From the NCBI GenBank assembly GCA_016872535.1, contig VGZQ01000002.1, positions 9,514 through 73,513 of the forward strand: a stretch of 64,000 bases of DNA, given 5' to 3'. A model generated the notes under the pieces. It worked only from the letters and a program-made list of their open reading frames with translations. It did no database searches and was not told where the DNA came from. Position numbers and translations under genes: made by a program. Below, in pieces: positions 17,455-25,667 of this stretch. Source of the DNA: Rhodospirillales bacterium (lineage in GTDB: Bacteria; Pseudomonadota; Alphaproteobacteria; Rhodospirillales; 2-12-FULL-67-15). Within the stretch, counting starts at the first letter, position 1. The number at the start of each line of letters is the position of its first letter.

Positions 17455-18003
17455 TCATTGCTTGGGCATGCCCGGCATGGGTGCCGCCCCGGACCCTTGC
17501 CCCATACCCTGACCTGGCCCCATTCCTGACCCGGGCCCCATACCCTGTCCCATGCCTTGGCCCATCGTGCCCTGGCCCTGGGGCATCGATCCGCCGCCCA
17601 TCATTCCCCCGCCCATATGGCCGGGCGGCATCATTCCGGGTTGCATCATTCCCTGGCCCGTCATACCCCCGCCGCCGGGCGCCGCCGCGCCGGGCTGAAT
17701 GGCGACGCCGAGCTTGTCGAGAGTCGCCTTGTCGGGCTCGCCGGTGACGGGCAGATGGTGCTGCGACTGGTACTTGCGGACCGCCTCGCGCGTCGCGCCG
17801 TCGAGCACGCCATCGGTCTTGACCGCGATCCCTTGCTTGTTGAGCGCCTCCTGCAGCGCCTTGATGGTGGCCGAAGAAAGCCCCGAAGGCGCGGTTGGCG
17901 CCGGCGCCTGGGCGAAAACGGGAACCGGCGTCCCTCCGGTCACTCCGGCCGCCAGCACAACGGCCGCAATCGCAATCAAACGCGGGATCATCGAAGTCTT
18001 CAT
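17455..18003 (-). CDS. Exported peptidoglycan-binding domain protein with Met/Gly/Gln-rich tail
   Basis: Signal peptide; IKALQEALNKQG..DGVLDGATREAVRKYQSQHHLPVTGEPDKATL (PG_binding_1); tail of GM(G/P)QG repeats; AAGGA SD. Confidence 0.85.
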   Translation of the reverse strand: MKTSMIPRLIAIAAVVLAAGVTGGTPVPVFAQAPAPTAPSGLSSATIKALQEALNKQGIAVKTDGVLDGATREAVRKYQSQHHLPVTGEPDKATLDKLGVAIQPGAAAPGGGGMTGQGMMQPGMMPPGHMGGGMMGGGSMPQGQGTMGQGMGQGMGPGSGMGPGQGMGQGSGAAPMPGMPKQ

Positions 18004-18056
18004 GGCACGTTTCCTTTCATGGTTGGCGAAAATCCCCTCCAGGCACGCACACGACC

Positions 18057-18767
18057 TCAAAACCAGAATCGCACGCCGGCGACGACCGAGCGGTTGTCCG
18101 CCCGGTTCCCCTCTTCGCGCGCGTAGTCGGCGGCCTGGCCGAGCTTCCGCTCCCAATGGAAGCCGACGTAAGGCGCAAATTCGCGGACGATTTCGTAACG
18201 CAAGCGCAGGCCGGCGCTGACTGAATCGACGCCGGAGCCGACGTGACGCTCCTTGACGCTTTGCACCGCCAAATTGATCTCGGCGCTCGGTTGCAGGATC
18301 AATTTCTGGGTGACGAGCCAGTCGGTCTCGCCCTTGAGCCGGGCCGACACCTCGCCCTCATGGCTGACGAAGGCCGCGGCGTCGACCTCGATCATGTATG
18401 GCGCCGTTCCTTGCGCGCCGAACACGGCGAAGGTGCGATCGGGGTCCGGCTTGATGTCCTGGCGCAAACCCACCACCGCGTCGAAAAAATCCGAGACTCG
18501 GCGGCTGTAGAGAAGCTGGAATTCCCCTTTTTCCAGTTTGCCGTCGTTGGGCTTTTCGCCTTCGGCCTTGATTCGAATCTTGTCGTCGTCGGTGCCGATC
18601 CAGCCTTCGGCGTCCCAGGCGAGATTGTCCTTGCCGGTGCCGCTCCGGTATTCGAGCTGCTCGGCCTGAACGAACGTAAATATCTGTCCGGGCTCGGCGG
18701 CATCCACCGGCGACACGGACAAGGGCGCGACGATCACGGCGGCGAGCAAACGGTACATTTTCGTCAT
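18057..18767 (-). CDS. copB: Copper resistance protein B (outer-membrane barrel)
   Basis: EQLEYR, WDAEGWIG.D.DK, QLLYSR, FDAVVGLRQD, GLRLRYEIVREFAPYVG, GVRFWF; ATGA overlap with the copA stop. Confidence 0.93.
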   Translation of the reverse strand: MTKMYRLLAAVIVAPLSVSPVDAAEPGQIFTFVQAEQLEYRSGTGKDNLAWDAEGWIGTDDDKIRIKAEGEKPNDGKLEKGEFQLLYSRRVSDFFDAVVGLRQDIKPDPDRTFAVFGAQGTAPYMIEVDAAAFVSHEGEVSARLKGETDWLVTQKLILQPSAEINLAVQSVKERHVGSGVDSVSAGLRLRYEIVREFAPYVGFHWERKLGQAADYAREEGNRADNRSVVAGVRFWF

Positions 18768-20482
18768 GTGCTCGCCCCCTTCGGCCCAACAATGAAGCGA
18801 GTCATCATCCCCGATGCCATGTGGTACATGAGGTGGCAATGGAACGGCCAATCGCCCGGTTCGTCGGCGGTGAGCAGGGCCGAGACTTCTTGCCCCGGCG
18901 GCACGACGACCACGTGCTTGAGCGGCCGGCGGTCGGTTTGCCCGTTCTCCACCTCGACGAACATCCCGTGCAGGTGCATCGGGTGCGCCATCATGGTTTC
19001 GTTGACGAACTTGATCCGCACCCGTTCGCCGTATTTGACGCGGATCGGTTCTTCCTTGCCGAACGGGCGGCCGTTCAGGTTCCACATGTAGCGATCCATG
19101 ATCCCGGTGAGGCGGACCTCAATCTCCTGGCTCGGTTCGCGCGCGTCCGCGTTCTTAGCCGCCGAACGGAGATCGGCGTAGGCGAGCGCCTTCTGGCCCG
19201 GCGGCGTCGCGGCATCCGCCCAGCCGAATGGCCGCTTGCCGCTGGCGTCTTGGGTCGTTGGCATGGCGCCGTGCCCCATGGCCGAATGGTCCATCCCGGG
19301 CATGGACATCTTGCTGTGGTCCATGCCGGACATGGCGCCGCCTTGGCCCATCGCCCCATGGCCCATCGCCGAGTGATCCATACCGGCATGCGCCGCACCC
19401 ATGTCGGCCATGCTGAGGATGGTGCGCGGGCGCTGTTCGGGGATCGCCCCTTCCATCCCTTCGCGGGGCGCGAGCGTCGCCCGGGCATAGCCCGAACGGT
19501 CGATCGGCTCGGCGAAGACGGTAAAGGCCTTGTCCTCGCGCGGCAGCACGATCACGTCGTAGGTCTCGCCGACGCCGAAGCGGAACTCGTCGACGCGGAC
19601 CGGCTGGACGTTCTGGCCGTCCGCCGCAACCACCGTCATCGGCAAGCCCGGAATCCGCACGTCGAAGAAGCTCATGGCCGAGGCGTTGATGAAGCGCAGC
19701 CTGACCCGCTCGCCCGGCTTGAACAGCGCCGTCCAGTTGTCGCGAGGGCCCTTTCCGTTGACCAGAAAAGCGTAGCCGGTGACGTCGGCAAGATCGGTCG
19801 GGTCCATCCGCATTTCGCCCCATTCGAGGCGGTCCTTGAGCGCGGCGCCGAAGCCGTCGCGGTCCGCGTCGCGGAAAAAGTCGACCAGCGTCCGCTTGCC
19901 CCGGTTGTAATACCCGGCGTTGGCCTTGAGCTTGGCCATCACCCGCATCGGGTCTTCCTGGGTATGGTCGGAAAGCGCCACCACATAGTCGCGGTCGGCG
20001 CGGACGGGATCGCGGCCCCGGGGCTCGATCACGATTCCCCCGTACATGCCGGCCTGCTCCTGCAAGCCGGAATGGCTGTGGTACCAATAGGTGCCGCTCT
20101 GGCGGAGCTTGAAGCGGTAGGTGAAGGTCTCGCCCGGCGGGATCGGAGCAAATCCGTTGAATCCCGGCGCGCCGTCCATGTCGCCGTCGAGCAGCAGCCC
20201 GTGCCAGTGGATCGAGGTCGATTCCTTGAGACGGTTGGTGGCCTGGATGGTCACTTCTTCGCCTTCGCGCCAGCGCAACGTCGGCGCCGGAACCGAACCG
20301 CCCATCATGACAGCGTTGCTCTCGATTCCGTCGACGACGATCCGGCCCGCCTCGACGGCAATCGCGTATTCTTTCGTCGCCGAGGCGAAGCTGATCCGGC
20401 CGGGATAGACGGCGACGAGGCCGGCCGCGCCGGCGAGCTTGAGCGCGTTCCGCCGGGAAAGGCCGTGAAGATCGGTGGACAT
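18764..20482 (-). CDS. copA: Copper resistance multicopper oxidase (Tat-exported)
   Basis: SRRNALK Tat motif, SIHWHG, YWYHSHS, MDHSxM repeats, HPMHLHG, HCHLMYHMASGM. Confidence 0.96.
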   Translation of the reverse strand: MSTDLHGLSRRNALKLAGAAGLVAVYPGRISFASATKEYAIAVEAGRIVVDGIESNAVMMGGSVPAPTLRWREGEEVTIQATNRLKESTSIHWHGLLLDGDMDGAPGFNGFAPIPPGETFTYRFKLRQSGTYWYHSHSGLQEQAGMYGGIVIEPRGRDPVRADRDYVVALSDHTQEDPMRVMAKLKANAGYYNRGKRTLVDFFRDADRDGFGAALKDRLEWGEMRMDPTDLADVTGYAFLVNGKGPRDNWTALFKPGERVRLRFINASAMSFFDVRIPGLPMTVVAADGQNVQPVRVDEFRFGVGETYDVIVLPREDKAFTVFAEPIDRSGYARATLAPREGMEGAIPEQRPRTILSMADMGAAHAGMDHSAMGHGAMGQGGAMSGMDHSKMSMPGMDHSAMGHGAMPTTQDASGKRPFGWADAATPPGQKALAYADLRSAAKNADAREPSQEIEVRLTGIMDRYMWNLNGRPFGKEEPIRVKYGERVRIKFVNETMMAHPMHLHGMFVEVENGQTDRRPLKHVVVVPPGQEVSALLTADEPGDWPFHCHLMYHMASGMMTRFIVGPKGAST

Positions 20483-20496
20483 GGCGCGATCCCTCC

Positions 20497-21042
20497 TCAC
20501 CATCCGCCGCTAAAGTCGAGCTTGCCGACCATGCCCGCCTCGTAATGGCCGGGAATGGTGCAGGCGAATTCGAGTTCTATCGCCTTGGAGAATTTCCAGA
20601 CCAGCTCGGCCTGCTTGCCCGGCTCAACCAGCACGCTGCCGGTTTCCGGGCCGTGGTCGTGCGCGGCCATGCCCATCTTGGCGTGGTCCATCTTCATCAT
20701 GTCCTTGTTGATCCCGGTCGCCGTAATCATGCCGTGGTCCATCATCATCTTCATCATGTCCTGGTGTTTGGCGTGGTCGTTGGGCTGGCCGAGCGCGAAC
20801 TCGTGCAAAAGATCGCCCTTGTTGACGATGACGAAGCGGACCGTCTCGCCCGCCTTCACGGCGACGGTTTCCGGTTCGTAAAGATTGTCCTTCATGATGA
20901 TGGTGACGGTGCGGGTCGTGGACGTGGCTTTGGCCACTTCGCCGAAGGGGTGTTTCTGGGCCGGGCCGGCGAGGGCGGCGCCGGCCCCAAGCGTTATGAG
21001 GCCGAAAACGGCGGCGACGAAACTTGAGCGAATCATATGCAT
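20497..21042 (-). CDS. Cupredoxin (CopI-like) with Met/His-rich insert
   Basis: Signal peptide; LLHEF, HQDMMKMMMDHGM...MMKMDHAKMGMAAHDHG, FACTIPGHYEAGM type-1 copper loop. Confidence 0.92.
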   Translation of the reverse strand: MHMIRSSFVAAVFGLITLGAGAALAGPAQKHPFGEVAKATSTTRTVTIIMKDNLYEPETVAVKAGETVRFVIVNKGDLLHEFALGQPNDHAKHQDMMKMMMDHGMITATGINKDMMKMDHAKMGMAAHDHGPETGSVLVEPGKQAELVWKFSKAIELEFACTIPGHYEAGMVGKLDFSGGW

Positions 21043-21156
21043 GACGCGTGCAATCCTTGTCTGGTGTTGAAGTCGAACGGATGGCGCTCACGCGCGAGCT
21101 GCGGCCCGGCCGTTCAAGCCCGGCACGGCTAAAGACGCGCGAAGAGCGGATTTAGA
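21043..21156 (-). promoter_or_regulatory. 114-nt structured leader, copy A (between uORF stop and cupredoxin ATG)
   Basis: 108/114 identical to 23330-23443 (hand count); contains GAACGG/CCGTTC and GCTC/GAGC nested stems and the SD AAGGA. Confidence 0.8.
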
Positions 21157-21504
21157 TCAGGAAGCGCGCGGAGGGCGCAGCGGCGGCGCGGACGAGCCGA
21201 GCGGAACGAAGGTGTCGGGCGCCAGCACCGAAACGGTGGCTGGCGCGCGGAGGACGGTTCCGGACGGAATCGGCGTCACGGCCGAAAACGAGCAGCCGGG
21301 CGGGCAGCAGCGGTCGATGCCGCCAGCAGAGTTTTCGTCGCACGAACCCAGCAGGGCTTCGGCATCGCTCCCGACGTGCGCGGACGCGGAAACTATCGGC
21401 GAGCCTGCCGTTTCGTGCCCGGGCGCGGCAACGCCGGCCAAGCCCCACAGCAGGGTCGCGGCGACCGCAAAGGCGGAAACGATTTTACGGAACCGGCGCG
21501 ACAC
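21157..21504 (-). CDS. Small exported-type leader ORF 2 (CC-x3-C, C-terminal PPLRPPRAS); CutF/CruR-like candidate
   Basis: GAGGA SD then GTG 21504; MSRRFRKIVSAFAVAATLLWGLAG signal-like N-terminus, DRCCPPGCSF, SSAPPLRPPRAS. Confidence 0.75.
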   Translation of the reverse strand: MSRRFRKIVSAFAVAATLLWGLAGVAAPGHETAGSPIVSASAHVGSDAEALLGSCDENSAGGIDRCCPPGCSFSAVTPIPSGTVLRAPATVSVLAPDTFVPLGSSAPPLRPPRAS

Positions 21505-21668
21505 GCAAATATTTCCTCGGACGTTCCTCGCCCACGAGCGGGCGAGAGGCGTGGATAGCAAAAGCGGATTCTAAAGACAAGCCGAAAAAGGGCCATCTTC
21601 AATCACAAGCGCGAAATCCGTATTCCCGCCAAAAACTGTTTCCCATTGCAAACTCCATGGTCTTCGTC

Positions 21669-23261
21669 TCACGTCCTCACGGCGCGAAGGGTCGCCCAGA
21701 GGGCGGCGGCAAAGCCGAGAACGCCGAGCAGCGGCACGTCGGCATAGTCGCCGAAGACGTGAGGGCCGATGTCGTACTGGAGGAGCAAGGAAGAAGCGAC
21801 GAATAAACCCATCGACACCAGCGCGAACGCCACCCGCCGGCCGCCGCGCTCCACGGCGTCCTCGACGCGATCGATACCGTGAAGACGCAAGCCGAACTCC
21901 GGTCTTCCTCCTTCGCCCTGGAGCCGGTGGAGCCAGGCGCCAAGCAGCGCCGGTAAATCCTCCGCGGTCATTGCGGCTTCGCTCTTCAGCCGCTCCATCT
22001 TGCCGGTGCTCTGCGATTGCCGGAGGGTAGTCTCGAATATCTTTTCGCCCTTGGCCAACAGTTCCTTGACGAGGATGTATTCGGGATCGAGGCTTCGTAC
22101 CGTGCTTTCGATCAGAAACATGGTGCGCAAAAGGACGAGCAGATTAGGCGGAATGGTCACACTTTCGCCGCGCCCGATCCGCAAGATTTGCAGAAAGGCC
22201 TGGGCGATCGACAGATCGTTGAGCGGCAACGCGGCGTAATCGGCCATGATCTCGTCGAAGGCGCGCCGGAATTCCGCGCGATCGACCGCCGCGTCGATCA
22301 CGCCGAGGGCAATCGCCGTGTCGAGCAGCCAAGCCGAGTCTTGATGGGCGAATGCCTGCGTGAACAGCGCAAGATTTCGACGCGTTGCGCGGTCGAGATA
22401 GCCGGTCAGACCGAAATCGTGAAAGCAGATGCGTCCCGAGTTCATGATAAACAAATTGCCCGGGTGCGGATCGCCGTGGAAGACGCCGAGCACGAAGAAC
22501 TGGTGGAGATAGGCGTCAACGAAATTATCGGCCAAGCGCCGTCTGTCTTCGTCGTTAATCGGATCGTCAACGCGGCGGCCACTGCTCATCTCCTGCACCA
22601 GGACTGACTCGGCGCCGAGTCCGTCGATCACTGTCGGTACATGCACCGTCTTCCAATCCTTGAAGGCCTCCTTGAAACGCCGGGCGTTGCGTGCCTCCCG
22701 CCGGAAGTCGGTCTCGTTGCGGAGATTGGTCCAGGTCTCCTCCACCAGGCGAAGCGGGTGGTAGCGGCGGAGACGAGGGGCCAGAAGTTCAGTCGCGCGC
22801 GCGAACATCCGCAGCATGCGCATGTCCCGGCGGATTTGATCCTGAATCCCCGGTCTGCGCACTTTGACGACCACCATCCGTCCGTCGTGGAGGCGTGCTT
22901 TGTGCGCCTGCGCGATGGAAGCGGCGGCGAAGGGGACCGGATCGAATTCCGCAAACAACTCGGCGATCGGCCGGCCGAGCGCCGTTTCGATCTCGCGTAT
23001 CGCCTTCGCGGCGGGAAAAGGATTTACATGCTCATGAAACCGTTGCAGAGCCTTGATGTAGTGGTCCGGCAGCATTTCCTGGTGCAAGCTCAGGATTTGG
23101 CCGAACTTGACGAACGTCGTGCCAAGCCGTTCGAGGGTCACGGCGAATCGCTCCGCCAGCGTCGGCAAACGCCGGGGACGAAACAGGTACAGATAGAGGG
23201 CGTGAACCGCGAAATTCGCCGCCGCGAACCCAACGCGCAGCAACCGGCCGATAAACATCAT
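21669..23261 (-). CDS. ABC1/UbiB/AarF family atypical kinase
   Basis: LERLGTTFVKFGQILS, FAAASIAQAHKA, VVVKVRRPG, DFRREA, VFHGDPHPGNL, HDFG, C-terminal TM helices. Start re-placed at ATG 23261. Confidence 0.9.
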   Translation of the reverse strand: MMFIGRLLRVGFAAANFAVHALYLYLFRPRRLPTLAERFAVTLERLGTTFVKFGQILSLHQEMLPDHYIKALQRFHEHVNPFPAAKAIREIETALGRPIAELFAEFDPVPFAAASIAQAHKARLHDGRMVVVKVRRPGIQDQIRRDMRMLRMFARATELLAPRLRRYHPLRLVEETWTNLRNETDFRREARNARRFKEAFKDWKTVHVPTVIDGLGAESVLVQEMSSGRRVDDPINDEDRRRLADNFVDAYLHQFFVLGVFHGDPHPGNLFIMNSGRICFHDFGLTGYLDRATRRNLALFTQAFAHQDSAWLLDTAIALGVIDAAVDRAEFRRAFDEIMADYAALPLNDLSIAQAFLQILRIGRGESVTIPPNLLVLLRTMFLIESTVRSLDPEYILVKELLAKGEKIFETTLRQSQSTGKMERLKSEAAMTAEDLPALLGAWLHRLQGEGGRPEFGLRLHGIDRVEDAVERGGRRVAFALVSMGLFVASSLLLQYDIGPHVFGDYADVPLLGVLGFAAALWATLRAVRT

Positions 23262-23329
23262 TTCATGGCATCCATGTCTGCAGGGGAAGCATCCGATTGA
23301 AAGGTGAACTTCGAGCGGATCGTACGCAT
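23258..23329 (-). CDS. 23-aa mini-ORF MRTIRSKFTFQSDASPADMDAMK, putative translational coupler
   Basis: ATG at the same position as the cupredoxin ATG in leader copy A; first codons resemble MHMIRSSF; its TGA overlaps the kinase ATG (ATGA). Confidence 0.55.
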   Translation of the reverse strand: MRTIRSKFTFQSDASPADMDAMK

Positions 23330-23443
23330 GACGCGTGCAATCCTTGTCTGGTGTTGAAGTCGAACGGATGGCGCTCGCGCGCGAGCTGCGGCCCGGCCGT
23401 TCAAGCCCGGCGCGGCTCAAGACGCGCGCAAAACGGATTTAGA
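23330..23443 (-). promoter_or_regulatory. 114-nt structured leader, copy B
   Basis: Direct repeat of 21043-21156, same length, 6 substitutions. Confidence 0.8.
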
Positions 23444-23830
23444 TCAGGAAACGCGCGGAGGACGCAAAGGCGGCGCGGATGAGCGGAGCGGAACGAAAGC
23501 GTCCGGCGTCAGGGCTGGAATGCCGGATGATTCGTGAAAAACGATTCCCGAAGGTGCGGCTGTCATCGCCGAAAAGGCGCATTCCGGCGGACAGCAGCGG
23601 TCGAATCCGCCGCCGTAACCGTGGAGGGAATTTCGGTCGCACGAACCCGGGGCGGCGTCGACGACGTGTCCGCCTTGCGCGGACGCAGCGATTCCGCCGG
23701 TCGACGCTATCATCGGCGAACCCGTCATTTCGTGTCCTGGAACAACTGCGCCTGCGAATCCCCAAAGCAAGGTCGCAGTGACCGCGAACATGGAAACGAT
23801 TCGCCGGATTTGGCGCGGCAGACGGATCAA
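23444..23830 (-). CDS. Small exported-type leader ORF 1 (CC-x3-C, C-terminal PPLRPPRVS); paralog of leader ORF 2
   Basis: GGAGAG SD then TTG 23830; RRIVSMFAVTATLLWGFAG, DRCCPPECAF, SSAPPLRPPRVS. Confidence 0.75.
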   Translation of the reverse strand: MIRLPRQIRRIVSMFAVTATLLWGFAGAVVPGHEMTGSPMIASTGGIAASAQGGHVVDAAPGSCDRNSLHGYGGGFDRCCPPECAFSAMTAAPSGIVFHESSGIPALTPDAFVPLRSSAPPLRPPRVS

Positions 23831-23912
23831 CTTTCTCTCCGGGACTTGCCCTCGATCATGAAATGACGGACGTTGCGTTCTGTCAAGCGCGCCCGCGAAG
23901 GACAGCCGCAAG

Positions 23913-24575
23913 ATGAGCAAATTCACCCGCCTCGACGAACGCCTGCACGATTACCTGGTCGCGGTCGGGACGCGCGAGCATCCCGCCCTCGCGCGTCTTC
24001 GCGCCGAAACTGCGACCATGCCCAAGGCGGGCATGCAGATTTCCCCCGATCAGGGGGCGTTCATGCAATTTCTCGTGCGGTCACTCGGCGCGCGGGCGTG
24101 CCTCGAAATCGGCGTGTTCACCGGCTACAGCTCGCTGGCGGTCGCGCTGGCGCTGCCCGCCGACGGGCGGCTCACCGCCCTCGACGCGAACGCCGAATGG
24201 ACCGCCGTCGCCAGGCGCTATTGGGCCGAAGCCGGCGTCGCCGACAAGATCGAGTTTCGCCTCGGCCCGGCGGCCGGCTCCCTCGACGCCCTTCTCGCCG
24301 AAGGTCGCGCCGGAACGTACGACTTCGCCTTCATCGACGCCGACAAGGAAAACTACGAGCCGTACTTCGAGCGCTGCCTCGCGCTCGTGCGTCCGGGCGG
24401 CGTGATCGCCGCCGACAACGTGCTGTGGGACGGCGCGGTGATCGATCCCAAGGATACCGACGCGGATACCGAGGCGATCCGCGCTTTCAACCGCGCCCGC
24501 CACATCGACGAGCGCATCGATCTCTGCCTGGTGCCGATCGCCGACGGGCTTACGCTTGCCCGCAAGCGCGGCTGA
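23913..24575 (+). CDS. O-methyltransferase (Methyltransf_3, caffeoyl-CoA OMT/MdmC-like)
   Basis: MQISPDQG, LEIGVFTGYSSL, YDFAFIDADKENY, GGVIAADNVLWDG, PIADGLTLARK. Confidence 0.93.
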   Translation: MSKFTRLDERLHDYLVAVGTREHPALARLRAETATMPKAGMQISPDQGAFMQFLVRSLGARACLEIGVFTGYSSLAVALALPADGRLTALDANAEWTAVARRYWAEAGVADKIEFRLGPAAGSLDALLAEGRAGTYDFAFIDADKENYEPYFERCLALVRPGGVIAADNVLWDGAVIDPKDTDADTEAIRAFNRARHIDERIDLCLVPIADGLTLARKRG

Positions 24576-24601
24576 TCGCCGAGGATCGCTTAATCACTTG
24601 A

Positions 24602-25603
24602 TCACTTCGGCGCGAATTCGGGAAAGGCGCGCCTCAGGTTGCGCTCGATGCGCTCGCGCACCGGAAGCTCGGGCTCGACCGGGACGAATTCCTGGCCGGT
24701 CATCTGCTCGTAAAGGCGCACGTACTTGGCGCTGAACTCGGCGAGCGTCGCGGGCGGAATTTCGGGGATCGGCTCCTTGTAGGGATCGCAGCGCGCCGCG
24801 ATCCAAAGTCTCAGGAATTCCTTGTCGAGGCTGTCGGGTTCGAGGCCCTGGTCCGCGCGCTCGGGATAGGTGGCGGCGATCCAGTAACGGCTGGAATCGG
24901 GCGTGTGAATTTCGTCGGCGACGCGCAGCCTTCCTTCGCGGTCGAGGCCGAATTCGTACTTGGTGTCGACCAGGATCAACCCTTGCGCGGCGGCGAGATC
25001 CCGCCCGCGCCGGAACAGCGCCATGCCTAAGCGCTCGATCTCGCGCCAGCGATCGGCGGGCACCAGGCCGCGCGCGACGATCTCGGCGGCGGTGATCGGC
25101 ACGTCGTGGGCGGTCGCGCCTTTGTCCGTGGTGGCGCCCTTGGTGGTCGGCGTGATCAGGGTCGCGGACAGGCGCTGGTTCTTGCGCATGCCGTCGGGAA
25201 GCCGGTGGCCGTAAACGACGCGCGCGCCCGTCGCGTATTGGGTCCAGATGCTGGTCGAGGTCGCGCCGGTGAGATAATCGCGCACCACCACCTCGACCGG
25301 GATCATGTCGAGCTTGATCCCGACCGTCACGTTCGGGTCCGGGTAGGCGAGCACGTGGCTCGGGCAGACGTCGGCGGTGGCGTCGAACCAATAGCGCGCC
25401 GTTTGCGTCAGCACTTGGCCCTTGAACGGAACCGCCGCCAACACCTGATCGAACGCCGACTGGCGGTCGGTCGCGATCATGATCCGCCGGCCGTCGGGCA
25501 GGTCGTAGGAATCGCGTACCTTGCCGCGCTGGAAATTGGGCAGCCACGGAAAGTGAGCGTCGGTCAGACAGCGGCCGAGGCTGTTCAAGTAATCGATCAC
25601 CAT
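24602..25603 (-). CDS. purC: SAICAR synthase, long (Ade1/plant-like) family
   Basis: RGKVRD, TDRQSAFD, PFKGQVL, IPVEVVVRDYLTG, LVDTKYEFG, ADEIHTPDSSRYW, LDKEFLR. Confidence 0.92.
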   Translation of the reverse strand: MVIDYLNSLGRCLTDAHFPWLPNFQRGKVRDSYDLPDGRRIMIATDRQSAFDQVLAAVPFKGQVLTQTARYWFDATADVCPSHVLAYPDPNVTVGIKLDMIPVEVVVRDYLTGATSTSIWTQYATGARVVYGHRLPDGMRKNQRLSATLITPTTKGATTDKGATAHDVPITAAEIVARGLVPADRWREIERLGMALFRRGRDLAAAQGLILVDTKYEFGLDREGRLRVADEIHTPDSSRYWIAATYPERADQGLEPDSLDKEFLRLWIAARCDPYKEPIPEIPPATLAEFSAKYVRLYEQMTGQEFVPVEPELPVRERIERNLRRAFPEFAPK

Positions 25604-25667
25604 GCGCGCTCCCGAACCTATTTCCCCTGTTGCCCCGCTCGGGCCCGACCGCTAGCTTCCGCCGATC

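Larger units (their letters stand above)
14947..23830 (-). other. Accessory copper/heavy-metal resistance block (all genes on minus strand)
   Basis: copA/copB/cupredoxin, Met-rich proteins, YtkA-like protein and duplicated leader cassettes; parts are visibly more A/T-rich than the flanks. No integrase, transposase or att repeats seen. Confidence 0.7.

Noticed and set aside
19260-19412. MDHSxM repeats in CopA and the Met-rich cupredoxin insert
   Set aside because: Well-known features of these families; not novel.
23262-23420. 53-aa N-terminal extension of the ABC1 kinase in the ORF track
   Set aside because: It runs through the duplicated non-coding leader; the same peptide appears in a junk frame at copy A. 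The SD and ATG position favour the mini-ORF plus ATG 23261.
24043-24057. CCCCCGATCAGGGGG hairpin resembling the second half of the repeat
   Set aside because: It encodes the conserved ISPDQG motif of the O-methyltransferase; coincidental.
25111-25146. Short in-frame duplication (TTKGATTDKGAT) in the long-family SAICAR synthase
   Set aside because: It falls in a loop of variable length between TTK and HD; most likely simple slippage.
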